Shown piece after piece: positions 1-10,871 of a DNA stretch of 64,000 nucleotides. Made by a program: the position numbers and the translations under genes. Origin of the DNA: an uncultured Planctomycetota bacterium (GTDB taxonomy: Bacteria > Planctomycetota > Planctomycetia > Gemmatales > Gemmataceae). The DNA lies in assembly GCA_963784995.1 (NCBI GenBank), contig CAWATZ010000006.1:200853-264852 (forward strand), written 5' to 3'. Numbering within the stretch: the stretch's first letter is position 1; each line of letters opens with the position of its first letter. The notes beneath the pieces were generated by a model. That model worked only from the letters and a program-made list of their open reading frames with translations. It was not told the origin of the DNA and ran no database searches.

Positions 1-211
1 CCGTCGAAGAAACCGATCACCTCTGCAGCCGGGCGGATTGGCTGGAGTTGGCTCAGGACGTGTCCGACCCATTCATGGTACAGCGTCGCTGCCCGTTCCG
101 GCCCGATGGTCACGGCGAGGCGCGTCTTGACCTTCCCGGGCTCCGGATTCTTCAGGAAGACGAGGACGGTCTCGCGTGCCGTTGTCAATGCGGCCCCTCC
201 TCCCAAGGAGA

Positions 212-1252
212 CTATCCCGTGATGGCCCCCTGGCAACCGGAGCCGCTGCCCGCGGTGCAGCCGTAGCAGTGCGGCCCGGTCACGATGGGCCGGTCCGCCA
301 GGGTCGTGAGATCGCAGTCGCGGACGTGCCGGGGCAGTCCTGGCATCAGCTCCAGGTCGAGCATCTGATTGAAGTCGCAGTCGTACAAGCGCCCATCCCA
401 GCCGACCGAGAGCGTGGTCCGGCACATGAGTCCCTCAACGGCCCGCGGGTTGTAAGCGGCAACGAGCTTGTCCAGGTACACCTCGTACCGGTCGCTGGCA
501 AGCAGGTCCTCCAGGAAACGGCTGATCGGCATGTTGGTGATGGTGAACAACTGCGTGAAGACAATCCCGAAGCGAGCCAGCAGTTCGCGCCGATACGCCG
601 CTTCCAGCACCGGCTGGCTCGGGGGCAGCGTGGGGCCGACGGGGTTGTAGACGAGCGTCAGGTTCAGACCCGTGTCCAGCTGACCGTAGCCGATGGCGTT
701 GAGTCGGCGCAAGGCCTCGATGGATTTGTCGAAGACGCCAGCCCCGCGCTGCCGATCCGTGTTCTCCGGTCCGTAGCACGGCAGCGAGGCGACGATCTCG
801 ACACGATGGCGGGCCAGGAAGTCCGGCAAATCCTCGAAGCGGGGAAGCAGCAGCACCGTGAGATTGCAGCGGTCGATGATGCGCTTGCCCAGCGTGCTCG
901 CCTGTTCGACCAGCCAGCGGAAGTGCGGGTTCAGTTCCGGAGCGCCACCCGTTATGTCCAGGGTCGGGATCGCTCCGCGCTCCAGCACGTCGAGGCAGAC
1001 CTGCATGGTCTCGCGGGACATCACCTCCTGCCGATCCGGCCCGGCATCGACGTGGCAGTGCCGGCACGTCTGGTTGCACAGCTTGCCGACGTTCACTTGC
1101 AGGACCTGGATTCCGCAGGCCCGCAGCGGCCACTGGCCACTTGCGGCAAGAGTTGCCTCGAAGGGAGGAATTCGCCCCTGGGCCAGCACCTGGCGTTGCC
1201 GGGCGGAGTTCGCCAGCGGGCTGTTCTGTCGCAGGAGGGTTAGCTGAGTCAT
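212..1252 (-). CDS. Radical SAM/Cys-rich domain protein (ArsS-like)
   Basis: CNQTCRHC (CxxxCxxC) radical SAM motif near the N-terminus and a Cys-rich C-terminus (CYGCTAGSGSGC). Start ATG at 1252 with GGAG 3 nt upstream; the longer ORF back to 1453 has no family-like N-terminus. Confidence 0.55.
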   Translation of the reverse strand: MTQLTLLRQNSPLANSARQRQVLAQGRIPPFEATLAASGQWPLRACGIQVLQVNVGKLCNQTCRHCHVDAGPDRQEVMSRETMQVCLDVLERGAIPTLDITGGAPELNPHFRWLVEQASTLGKRIIDRCNLTVLLLPRFEDLPDFLARHRVEIVASLPCYGPENTDRQRGAGVFDKSIEALRRLNAIGYGQLDTGLNLTLVYNPVGPTLPPSQPVLEAAYRRELLARFGIVFTQLFTITNMPISRFLEDLLASDRYEVYLDKLVAAYNPRAVEGLMCRTTLSVGWDGRLYDCDFNQMLDLELMPGLPRHVRDCDLTTLADRPIVTGPHCYGCTAGSGSGCQGAITG

Positions 1253-1593
1253 CTCCGGTTCCTTTACAAGCTCAATCCACCCTCTCTCCTGGAATGAAAA
1301 CAAACAGGTCCGCCGCCGGTCCATTCCGCAGCAGCTCCCACGCGGCCAGCGACACCACCGTTCGCCGGTCGCGCTGGGCGAACTTGGCGCAGTCGTCGTG
1401 CTGCCTGGTGGGCGGCATGCCAAACAGCACCTGGTAAAACGCCACCGACGCACGCAGATCGGAGACGTAGAGGGAACAGGTGAAAGCGAACAGTCATGGT
1501 TGCTCTCCGGCCTGTTGATCAGGGCAGTGACATTCTATAAACTGTTTGATTGTTGTGTGCCGGCCGACCGACTGGCGTCGCGGAGGGTGCTTG

Positions 1594-3154
1594 ATGCCTG
1601 GCCTTTCGATCCGTCTGAGTCTGTGTCTGACCTGCCTCGCCGCGTTGCCGGCAGCCCACGCCGCCGACCCGACCGACCCTCGGCAACTGGCCGCCCGCAT
1701 CGACCGCCGCCTCGCCAACCGCTGGGAAGCAGCCGGCGTGAAGCCGGCCGACCGCAGCGACGATGCCGAGTTTCTCCGCCGCCTCTCGCTCGACCTCACC
1801 GGCAAGATCCCTTCCGTCGCCGAGGTTCGCCGCTTCCTGGCCGACCGCGCACCCGACAAGCGAGCCGTCCTCGTCGAGCGAATGCTCGCCGGTCCCGGTT
1901 ACGTCACGCACTCCGCCGGGACCTGGCGTCGGCTGCTCGTTCCCGACAGCCGAAAATCAAGTCGGCCGCGAGGCAGCCGTACTCGCACTGGAGAAATGGC
2001 TCCAGAAGCAATTCGCCGACAACGTCGGCCTCGACCGGCTGGCCCGCGAGCTGCTCACCTTCTCGCTGGACGAAACCCGGCCCGGCCGGGTCGATCCCGC
2101 CGAGCCGTCGCCGCGGATGTTCTACGCCGGCCGGGAGGAGAAGCCCGACGAACTGGCCGCGTCGATGACGCGCCTGTTCCTGGGCGTCCGGCTGGAGTGC
2201 GCCCAGTGCCACGATCACCCCTTCGTTCGCTGGAAACGGCAGGACTTCTGGAGCCAGGCCGCCTTCTTCACCAGCCTCCGCCGTCCCGCGGCAGCGACCC
2301 GCGCATTGACCATCCCCGGCACGGAACGCACCGTCCGGGCCCGGTTCCTCGATGGCCAGGCGCTGCCCGACGGCAAGGGTGATGGCCGGCCCGTCCTTGC
2401 GGATTGGCTAACGAACTCCGAGAACCCGTTCTTCGCCCGGGCCGCCGTCAATCGGCTGTGGGGCCAGTTCTTCGGCGTCGGTCTGGTCGATCCGGTCGAT
2501 GACATGACCGAGGAGAATAAGCCCAGCCATCCCGAACTGCTCGATGAGCTGGCCCGTGCCTTCGTGGTCAATCGCTTTGACCGCAAGGTCGTCATCCGCG
2601 CCATCGTGCTGTCGGACGCTTACCAGCGGAGCAGCGTCCTGAATTTAGCCCCGAAGGGGCGACAGTCAATAGACCAGGGCGTGAGCCCTGGGTTAGGCGC
2701 AGCTCCGCCCGATCCGCGTCTGTTCAGCCGGATGAACGTCAAGAGCCTGACTCCGGAGCAGGTCTACGACAGCCTGATCGAGGCCACCGGCTACCGGGGC
2801 CGGGAGATCGCCCGCCAACGCGCTCAGCTGCTGACGCGCTTCCCAGGCGTCGAACAGGTGCTGGAAGGCCAGACCGGCATCCCGCAGGCCCTGGCCCTGA
2901 TGAACGGCGACCTGCTGACCAGCGCCCTCCGCCTGGACGGCGACAACACCCTCAGCGCCGTCGTCAACAGCCCGTTCCTGGACACGGCCGGACAGGTCGA
3001 GACGCTGTTCCTGGCCGCACTCGGCCGGCCGCCTCGTCCCGGGGAAAAGGCTCGCATGGTTGCCCACGTCGAGAAGAGTTCCGCGAAAGGCATCGCCCTG
3101 AGCGACGTCTTCTGGGCCCTGCTCAACAGCGCCGAGTTCGTCCATAACCACTGA
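1594..3154 (+). CDS. Secreted DUF1549 (PSCyt2) / DUF1553 (PSD1) protein with an apparent +1 frameshift near 1935-1950
   Basis: A signal peptide and the RRLSLDLTGKIPS...DKRAVLVERML motif are in frame 1. The PSD1 part (CAQCHDHPF...) continues in frame 2 from about 1940. Confidence 0.6.
2647..2692. repeat. Solo arm of the family-C palindromic element, inside the PSD1 coding region with the frame kept open
   Basis: 45/46 identity to arm 2 of the palindrome at 37998-38043 (agccccgaaggggcgacagtcaatagaccagggcgtgagccctggg). Read through as ...LNLAPKGRQSIDQGVSPG.... Confidence 0.6.
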
Positions 3155-3162
3155 GGAACGCC

Positions 3163-4443
3163 ATGACCGCCTCCAACCGGCATCCTTCGCGCAGAGACTT
3201 CCTGCGGCTGACCACGGCCGGCCTGGCCGGCGTGTCACTTTCCGCGTGGTTCTCCGCCCTGGCCGCCGACCCCCAACGGAAACGCTCGTGCATCCTGCTG
3301 TGGATGGCGGGCGGTCCTTCCCAGATGGACACGTTCGACCTCAAGCCCGGACACAAGAACGGCGGGCCGATCCAGGAGATCGCGACCAGCGTTCCCGGCA
3401 CCCGCATTAGCGAGAATCTGCCGCAGGTCGCCGCCCAGATGAAGTACCTGGCGATCGTCCGCTCGATGCACACCAAGGAAGGCGACCACGGCCGGGCGAC
3501 GTATCACCTGCGCACCGGCTATCCGCGGCAGGGACCGATCCACTACCCGGCCCTGGGCGCTCTGGTGTCCCACGAAATCGGCACGGCGGGAGCGGAGCTG
3601 CCGAACTTCGTCAGCATTGCCTCCGGGCGCGACAGAAACCCCGCAGCTTCCGGGCCGGGCTTTCTCGGTCCGCAGCATGCCCCGCTCGTCGTCGGAGGCG
3701 GCAGCGACAACCTGCAAGTGCAGGACCTGCGGCGCGGCGCGGGCGTCGGCGAGGCCCAGGCCGAGGCGCGCATCGACCTGCTCCGGGGACTGGAGAACGA
3801 CTTCGTCGAGAAGCATCCCGACCCCGGCCCGCAGGGGCATCAGGCGTCGTATGAGCGAGCCGTCCGCCTGATGAAACCGGACGCCGCCCGCGCCTTTTCC
3901 CTTGAGGAGGAGAAGTCGGCCCTGCGCGACCGCTACGGCCGGAACCGCTTCGGCCAGAGCTGCCTGCTGGCCCGCCGGCTCATTGAGCGCGGCGTGCCCT
4001 TCGTGGAGGTCAGCCTTGGCGGCTGGGACACGCACTTCCAGAACTTCCCTGCCGTCCGTCGGCTGTGCGAGACGCTGGACCCGGCCTGGGCGACGCTGCT
4101 GACCGACCTGGAGCAGCGCGGCCTGCTGGACACGACCCTGGTGGTGTGGATGGGCGAGTTCGGCCGGACGCCGCAGATCAACGGCCAGGTGGGACGCGAT
4201 CACTTCCCGGCCGCGTGGACGACGGTGCTGGGCGGAGGCGGCATTGCGGGCGGCCAGGTCGTCGGCCGGACCAGCGCCGACGGCGTCACGGTGGAGGATC
4301 GGCCGGTCTCGGTCCCCGACTTCATGGCGACCATCTGCCGGGCGATGGGACTCGACCCGGCCAAACAGAACCGCTCCAACGTCGGCCGGCCCATCCGCCT
4401 CGCCGACGCCGGAGCCACGCCGATCAAGGAGGTCCTCCGGTGA
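3163..4443 (+). CDS. DUF1501 family protein with a Tat signal
   Basis: RRDFLRLTTAGLAG twin-arginine motif. Conserved DUF1501 body. It lies immediately downstream of the PSCyt2/PSD1 gene, the usual Planctomycete pairing. Confidence 0.85.
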   Translation: MTASNRHPSRRDFLRLTTAGLAGVSLSAWFSALAADPQRKRSCILLWMAGGPSQMDTFDLKPGHKNGGPIQEIATSVPGTRISENLPQVAAQMKYLAIVRSMHTKEGDHGRATYHLRTGYPRQGPIHYPALGALVSHEIGTAGAELPNFVSIASGRDRNPAASGPGFLGPQHAPLVVGGGSDNLQVQDLRRGAGVGEAQAEARIDLLRGLENDFVEKHPDPGPQGHQASYERAVRLMKPDAARAFSLEEEKSALRDRYGRNRFGQSCLLARRLIERGVPFVEVSLGGWDTHFQNFPAVRRLCETLDPAWATLLTDLEQRGLLDTTLVVWMGEFGRTPQINGQVGRDHFPAAWTTVLGGGGIAGGQVVGRTSADGVTVEDRPVSVPDFMATICRAMGLDPAKQNRSNVGRPIRLADAGATPIKEVLR

Positions 4444-5927
4444 GGCGCCTCCTCGCGATCCTGGCACTGGCTGTTGCGGTTTCTCGGACCCGAGGAGCGG
4501 AGGAGACGCAGCGCGTGCTGCTGCTGGCCGAAACCCGCCCTGTCCTGGTGGGGTTCCAGGTCCGGCTCGACGGCAAGCCGCTGTCTGCCGCGTGGCGGAA
4601 CTATCTCGACCGGCTGTTTGATGATCTCGACCGCGATGGTGATGGAACTCTGAGCCGCGCCGAGGCCGCCCGAGCGCCGAGTGTCGGATTCCTGGCCACG
4701 TTCCTCCAAGGCGGATTGCCGCTGGAGTCGAGAACGAATCGGGCCGGATTCGAGTCGCTGGACGGCAACCGCGATGGCAAGGTCAGCCGGCAGGAGTTCG
4801 CCGCATACTACGGCGGCTGCGGCTTCGACCGCGTTCAGGTCGTCGCCGGGCCGGACCGCGACCAGGCTGCGGCCCTGACCAGCGTCCTGTTCTCGCTGCT
4901 GGACAGCAACCGGGACGGTCAGCTGTCGAAGGAGGAGCTGCTGCGATCCAGGGAAGTCCTGCACCGCATCGATCTCGACGAGGACGAGTGGATCACCCCC
5001 GAGGAGCTGCTGCTGCACCGGCCGCCGAAGTCGGAGAAATCCCGGAGTCGGGCAACACTGGAGAGCATCGGGTTTCTGCCCCTGCTTCGGGAGGACCTGA
5101 CGCCGGAACAAAAGGGACTCGTCCTGGGCCGTTATGGCAAGAACGCTCGGCTTGAGAAGATGCCGGAAGTCGAGCTGATTGCCCGCCTCGGCAAGGTTCC
5201 TGGCGGAGAAGCGCCGAGCGACCTGCTCAAGCCCGATTCAGGGAAGCCGCTGCGGACACGCGACGGAGCCTTGCAGGTTCCAGTCGAGGGTCTGGCCCTG
5301 GAGCTTTCCGTCGAGAAGAGCGGTGGCCGAGTGCGTGGCTTGCACGCCTTCTACCGCCAGCAGTTCGAGGCCTCAGACGCGGACCGGCGTGGCTTCCTCG
5401 AACGCAAGCAGACGGACGATGTCCCTTCGCTGGCGGCGCTGGCATTGCTTGCCGATCGTGATGCGGATGGCCGGCTGACCGCCAAGGAGCTTGACGCCTT
5501 TCTCGATCTGCACGCCCTGGGCACCGACAGCTTCGTCACGCTGACGGTCACCGATCAGAGCTTGAGCCTGTTCGACCTGCTGGACGAGGACAGCGACGGC
5601 CGGCTGTCGCTGCGTGAGCTGCACACCGCCTGGGCCCGGCTGCGTCGCTTCGACCGCGACGGCGACAGTCTCCTGGCACGGTCCGAGTTCCCGCGACGGC
5701 TGCAACTGCGAGCGAGCCGGGGGACGCCGGTCTCGCGTCCGGCCTCCGCAGCGAAGGTCGCCGCTGATCCGCCCCGGCAGCAGGGGCCGGCCTGGTTCCT
5801 CAAGATGGACCGCAACGGCGACGGATTTGTTTCGCGCCGTGAGTTTCTCGGGCCGGAAGCGGTGTTCAACCAACTGGACGCCGACGGCGATGGCCTGATC
5901 AGCCCCGAAGAAGCGTCCGCCAAATGA
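4440..5927 (+). CDS. Secreted multi-EF-hand calcium-binding protein
   Basis: GTG start overlaps the upstream stop (GTGA) and has a perfect AAGGAGG 8 nt upstream. About nine DxDxDG-type loops (DRDGDGTLS, DGNRDGKVS, DSNRDGQLS, DRDADGRLT, DEDSDGRLS, DRNGDGFVS, DADGDGLIS). Confidence 0.75.
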   Translation: MRRLLAILALAVAVSRTRGAEETQRVLLLAETRPVLVGFQVRLDGKPLSAAWRNYLDRLFDDLDRDGDGTLSRAEAARAPSVGFLATFLQGGLPLESRTNRAGFESLDGNRDGKVSRQEFAAYYGGCGFDRVQVVAGPDRDQAAALTSVLFSLLDSNRDGQLSKEELLRSREVLHRIDLDEDEWITPEELLLHRPPKSEKSRSRATLESIGFLPLLREDLTPEQKGLVLGRYGKNARLEKMPEVELIARLGKVPGGEAPSDLLKPDSGKPLRTRDGALQVPVEGLALELSVEKSGGRVRGLHAFYRQQFEASDADRRGFLERKQTDDVPSLAALALLADRDADGRLTAKELDAFLDLHALGTDSFVTLTVTDQSLSLFDLLDEDSDGRLSLRELHTAWARLRRFDRDGDSLLARSEFPRRLQLRASRGTPVSRPASAAKVAADPPRQQGPAWFLKMDRNGDGFVSRREFLGPEAVFNQLDADGDGLISPEEASAK

Positions 5928-5949
5928 CCTCCAACGCGGAGAACCTTCC

Positions 5950-7194
5950 ATGTCCTGCCGCATTGCGTTGCTTGTGCTGTTCCTGACCAGCTCGCTGGCC
6001 TCCGCGGGCGACTGGCCGCAATGGCTTGGCCCCAATCGCGATGGGGCGTCGGCCGAGACCATCAACGCCTGGAAGGAAGCTCCGAAAACCGTCTGGCGTC
6101 AAGTGGTCGGCGAGGGCTACAGCGTTCCGGTCGTGGCCGCCGGGCGGGTCTTTGTGCATGCCCGCGTGGCCGGCAAGGACGAGGAAGAATTGCTGGCCCT
6201 GGACGCGGCCAGCGGCAAGCAGCTCTGGCGCACCTCCTACAAACGCGCTCCCTATTCGAGCATCATCAACAACGGTCCGCAGGCGACACCCTGCGTGGTT
6301 CGCGGCCGGGTCTACACCTTCGGCATCACCGGCGTCCTGGGGTGCTTCGAGGCCGAGAGCGGCAAGGAAATCTGGAGGGTGGACGCGCCGAAGCAACTGA
6401 AGACCCGGGTGCCGCAATTCGGCATGACCTGCTCGCCGCTGGTGGTCGGCAATCGCGTCCTGGTCGCCGTCGGCGGCAAGGGCAGCGCCGTCGTCGCCTT
6501 CGACGCCGACACCGGCGAGGTCGCCTGGAAGGCGCTGGACGGGCCGATCAGCACGGCGTCGCCGATCACCTACCTCAACCGGGCGAAAAAAGACATGGCC
6601 TCGCTGGAGGCGGTCTTCATCAACAACCGCAGCCTGGTGGCGCTGAATCCCTTTGACGGCGAGGTCAGCTGGGAGTACGCCCTGTCGGACCAGGCGGTCG
6701 GCACGGCCCCGTCGCCGGTGGCGGTCGGCGACTTGCTGCTGGCCAGCACGGTGAAGGCCGGCGGCATCGGCGTCAAGCTGACGCACGAGGACGGCAAGAC
6801 GACCGCGGACGGGGCCTGGAAGAACGCGGACCTGACCGGCTATTTCTGCACCCCGCTGGCCGTCGGCAAGGACCACCTGTACGCGGTGACCTCGACGCTG
6901 CTGCCCCAGCCGACCAGCACGCTGCGCTGCATCGACGTCAAGACCGGAAAGGAGGTCTGGAGCGAGCCGAAGATCGGCATCTTCCACGCGGGCCTGGTGC
7001 GGACCGGCGGCAACCGGCTGCTGGTCCTCAACGATAGCGGCCTGCTCCGGCTGGTGGAACACGACCCCAAGGGCTACCGCGAGCTGGCGAAGGCCCAGGT
7101 ATGCGGCTCGACCTTCGTGACGCCGGCCCTGGCCAACGGCCGGCTCTATGCCCGGGACAACAAGGGCGTGGTTTGTGTCCAGTTGGGGGAATGA
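5950..7194 (+). CDS. PQQ-like beta-propeller repeat protein (BamB-like), secreted
   Basis: Signal peptide. GDWPQW...G.VWR...G.VYV.. repeats typical of PQQ enzyme repeats. Confidence 0.75.
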   Translation: MSCRIALLVLFLTSSLASAGDWPQWLGPNRDGASAETINAWKEAPKTVWRQVVGEGYSVPVVAAGRVFVHARVAGKDEEELLALDAASGKQLWRTSYKRAPYSSIINNGPQATPCVVRGRVYTFGITGVLGCFEAESGKEIWRVDAPKQLKTRVPQFGMTCSPLVVGNRVLVAVGGKGSAVVAFDADTGEVAWKALDGPISTASPITYLNRAKKDMASLEAVFINNRSLVALNPFDGEVSWEYALSDQAVGTAPSPVAVGDLLLASTVKAGGIGVKLTHEDGKTTADGAWKNADLTGYFCTPLAVGKDHLYAVTSTLLPQPTSTLRCIDVKTGKEVWSEPKIGIFHAGLVRTGGNRLLVLNDSGLLRLVEHDPKGYRELAKAQVCGSTFVTPALANGRLYARDNKGVVCVQLGE

Positions 7195-7267
7195 GGGATT
7201 GATGACGTGATCGCGGTGTGGGACGATCAGGTGTGACACAGCTGGGCAAACAATGGCGGAGTGAATC

Positions 7268-9050
7268 ATGTCAAAACAACACCGATTCCCGTTCTTGGGC
7301 CTGCTGACACTGATCTGGTTGGGGTGGGGGCTGACCAGCACCGCCGCCGAACCCCTTCCCTCGCTCGACGATCTGTTGCGAGAGTATCAAACGCTTGGCT
7401 TGCCGGTGCCGCCCAGGAAAGCCAAACTGGTGCGGTACGAGGCCGGAGGAGGCGGGATCGTTGACCGCAAAGTCCAGCCCAAGGTCTATGGTCTGGCTTT
7501 CGAGGTCAAACAGGGAACCAAAACAGAGCATCCTTTTCTTCTCCGTGGCACTCTCGAGTGGCAGCCGAGGTGGGACCCTCACACCCGCGAAGTGGACCCG
7601 GAGCCAGCTGCCATCAAGGACCTTGTTGTGGGCCCGTCTGACAGGCTGGTTCTGGCCATCCAGTGTCATGAACGCGGCTGGCACAAGCTAGCCACCCATC
7701 TGCTGGAGAGGAGCCACAAAAAGTGCAAACAGCCACTGCGGAATCCATTGCTTCCGCTAGCGTGGTCCTACTGGGAAGACCATCTGACCACGCCGAAGAT
7801 CGACCGTGCCCCCATTGCCAAAAGGCTGAAAGAGCTTATCCGGCAGGACAAAGAACTGGACACGGAAAGCAACCGGGCGCTGCTCCGGTCGCTGGATCTC
7901 GCTCTCGTGCCCAGTAAGGCCAAACCGGGGAGCATCCAGGCGATGATCGACGACCTTGTCGATTACGACGCCGACACGGGAACCATGGGGTTTTTCAGGC
8001 GGGAGGATCGCTACTGGCGCATTGCCAGGCTGGGTTTTGACGCCGTGCCCGCTCTGATCGAACACCTGGACGACGACCGTCTGACACGAGCCAGGATGAT
8101 TGGTTTCCACAACTTCGGCTCCTGGAACCTTCGTGTTCAGGACGTTGTCAGCGACCTGTTGGAGGATCTGGCGGGGCAGAACGTTGGAAGGAATTGGCTG
8201 CGGCGTCAGCAGGGCTTTGCCGTCCAGAAGGCCGAGGCCCAAAAGTGGTGGGAGCAAGCCCGCAAGGTTGGCGAGGAAACCTACCTGCTGGATCACGTCT
8301 TGCCCGCTAAAGCCAAGGAAGGCGGTCGTGACCAGGTCGAGCGCTCACCTGGTGGAATTGATTCTGTTCAAGTATCCAAAGCACGTACCTTCTCTCTACC
8401 GGAAGGTCCTCGACGTGCGTCCCGAACTGGACAGCTCGATGCTGGCAGACGCCGTCCTCCAGTGCAAACTCCCGGACAAGGATAAACTGGATCAGTTTCT
8501 GTACGCTGCCAACCGCAAAGACCTCAATCACCGCCTGCCAGCTTTCTACGCCATCAAGGACCTGGACAAGAAGCGATTCACCTCGCTCTGGCTTGCCACC
8601 GTCGAAGCTTTCCCGAAGGACGTTCCGGGGCCCTACTGGAAATGTCCCCAAGCTGACATCGCCAGCATGGCGATCGAAGCCGATGACCCCCGCGTCTGGC
8701 AGACCCTGGAGAGAGTCGCCAAACGCTCTGCCCTCGGCTTGCGGATGGAGTTGCTGCGTTCAGTCGGTGCGCCAGGAGACAAGCGGCATCGGCTGGAGCG
8801 GCTCCGTCTCCTGGCATGTTTCCTGGATGATGCGACCTTGCGGGACGAGGATTCCAGCAGCAAGTTTGCCGGGCCAGGCGCCGGGTTCCCCTACCACAAG
8901 ATTGAGGTAAGAGATTTCGTGGCACTGGAGATCGCGCAATTGCTGGGGAACGACGTCGAATGGAACCTGGAACGAACTCCGGAACAATGGGCGAAAATCC
9001 GCAGTCAGGTTCAGGAGGCATTGAAGCGCGAATTCAGCAAGACGAAGTAG
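7268..9050 (+). CDS. Hypothetical secreted protein, probably one gene with an apparent frameshift near 8315-8335
   Basis: Signal peptide at 7268. Protein-like sequence switches from frame 2 (ORF 7268-8485) to frame 3 (ORF 8100-9050) around the codons PAKAKE|VVTRSSAHLVELILFKYPKH. Confidence 0.4.
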
Positions 9051-9143
9051 CGCCAAAGCCTGGAACCAGCCACAGATTCAGTCTCGGCCTCACCTTCTGA
9101 GCGGCCGTGGAACTTCTGAGTGGAGGAGGCCACGGTCGAACAA

Positions 9144-10490
9144 TCACAGGTCCGGCTGGAGCAAGCGAACGTGCCTCCCCTGCCGCTCCAGCAGCGCCTC
9201 GGCGGCCAGGTAGCCGCTGCGCACCGCTCCCTCCATCGTGGCGGGCCAGCCGGTGTTTGTCCAGTCACCGGCCAGCAGCAGGTTCCGGATCGGCGATGCC
9301 TGGCTCGGCCGCCACCGGTCCACGCCAGGGACCACGCTGAACGTCGCGGCATGCTCCGTCACCACCCGTCCGCGCAGCAGCCGAGCCTTGCGGGCCTCGG
9401 GAAACAGGCTCGCCAGCTCCTCCACGATCCGCCGTTGCACCTCCTCGTGCCCCAGGCCACGGAACTCCCGGGCGGCACTGACCACCACCTGGACGTAATG
9501 CTCGCCGGGGGAGGACTGACCTCGGTTGAAGAGCCACTGACCTAGCGTTTGGAGCAGCACCACGTGCGGCAGCCGGGTGATCGGCCGATCGTACCAGAGA
9601 TGGACGCTGGTTATTGGCGAAATCTCCAGCCGACGCAGGTTGGCGAAGGTCGGCTCGCTCTCGACCACGTTCTCCGGCAGCAGGTCGAGCAATCGGTCAA
9701 AGGGCACCGCGGGGATGAACCAATCAGCCTCCACGGTGCTACCGTCACGCATTCGCAATTGCTGGATTCGGCCGTCGGTCAGGGTAAGCTGCTTGCCCCC
9801 CTGTCCCAGCAGCAAGCGGACCCCGTGCTTGTCGAGCCACCCCTGCAGCTCCTGACCATAGAGCCGGCCCAGCGGCACCGTGGGCACCGACACCTCGAAT
9901 CCTCGGCGATGGCGCAGGAAAGCGTCCACGAACACCTTGCGGGCGTATTTCAGCCCGATCCGTTCCGGCGTCTCGTTCAGGGCGCTGACCAGGACCACGC
10001 TCCAGAAGCGTTCGATGACGCCGGGCGTCTGGCGATGTCGTTGCAGCCACTCCAGGAACGGCACATCGGCATCGGCGGGCGTGCGCTTCAGACAGGCCAG
10101 GGCCCAGGCGATCCGCAGTTTCTCCAGCGGCCCGAGGTAATGCGCCCCCAGGAACGCCCGGGCCAGGTGCAGCGGCGCGGGCAGCGGGTCGGCCTGGAAC
10201 TTGCTGATCCGGCGGTCGGGGGTCATGAAGTAGAGACACGGTTGCGGCTGCAGCAGGTGCTGGATGCCGACGGTCCGGCAGAAGTGGGCCAGGTTGGTGC
10301 AGCAGCCCATGCTGACGTGCTGGCAGGCGTCGATCAGCTGGCCCGTGCTGGTGTCGGTGAAGCTGCCGGCCCGGCCGCCCAGGCGGTTGCGCGACTCCAG
10401 CACGGTCACGTCCAGCCCCTGGCCGGCCAGCGCTGTCGCCGCCGCAAGTCCGGCCAGTCCGCCGCCGACTATGATCACCCGCTCCGCCAT
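9144..10490 (-). CDS. FAD-dependent amine-oxidase-family desaturase (HpnE-like squalene-associated desaturase)
   Basis: VIIVGGGLAGLAAA Rossmann N-terminus. ...LESRNRLGGRAGSF...QHV.MGCCTNL matches the HpnE / phytoene-desaturase-like pattern. Confidence 0.5.
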   Translation of the reverse strand: MAERVIIVGGGLAGLAAATALAGQGLDVTVLESRNRLGGRAGSFTDTSTGQLIDACQHVSMGCCTNLAHFCRTVGIQHLLQPQPCLYFMTPDRRISKFQADPLPAPLHLARAFLGAHYLGPLEKLRIAWALACLKRTPADADVPFLEWLQRHRQTPGVIERFWSVVLVSALNETPERIGLKYARKVFVDAFLRHRRGFEVSVPTVPLGRLYGQELQGWLDKHGVRLLLGQGGKQLTLTDGRIQQLRMRDGSTVEADWFIPAVPFDRLLDLLPENVVESEPTFANLRRLEISPITSVHLWYDRPITRLPHVVLLQTLGQWLFNRGQSSPGEHYVQVVVSAAREFRGLGHEEVQRRIVEELASLFPEARKARLLRGRVVTEHAATFSVVPGVDRWRPSQASPIRNLLLAGDWTNTGWPATMEGAVRSGYLAAEALLERQGRHVRLLQPDL

Positions 10491-10871
10491 TGCTTTCTCC
10501 GCATTTCCTTGGCTGCCTGGCCCAGGAACACGGTTGAAGTGTACTGCAGGTCAGTGCGTTTTGCCCAGGGCAGATCGGAGGAGCGCGGAATGGACCTCTG
10601 ACGCAAAGCAACGGCAGTCGTCTCCTGGCAGGCTGGCAGGGAAGCCGAAAACATCCGTTTGCTATCGGCGGGAGTCGCTCAGCGACAGCCAGGGACATCG
10701 CCCGGCACGAGCGGCCTTGCCCCTCTTCTGACACGCTCTGGCAGGTGAGTGCGTCGCCTTCTCTCCGGACGGTGCCACCCTGGCCAACTGCGGCGAGACG
10801 CCCGCGAGGGCCGGCGAGGTGCTGCTCTGGCGGAGCGGCCGGCAGCTGGAGTTGGGCGAGCGGTGCTCAGA

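Noticed and set aside
176-1243. 355-aa ORF on the plus strand opposite the radical SAM gene
   Set aside because: Shadow ORF typical of high-GC DNA. The minus-strand frame carries the CxxxCxxC radical SAM motif.
3235-4467. 410-aa minus-strand ORF opposite the DUF1501 gene
   Set aside because: Shadow ORF. The DUF1501 frame has a Tat signal and family conservation.
5899-7341. 480-aa minus-strand ORF overlapping the PQQ-propeller gene
   Set aside because: Low-complexity Ala/Arg/Gly-rich shadow ORF. The plus strand has a signal peptide and propeller repeats.
8100-9050. Treating ORF 8100-9050 as an independent gene starting at its first Met
   Set aside because: Its N-terminal about 75 residues are not protein-like, while the upstream frame-2 sequence is protein-like up to the same point. 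A single frameshifted gene is the more economical reading.
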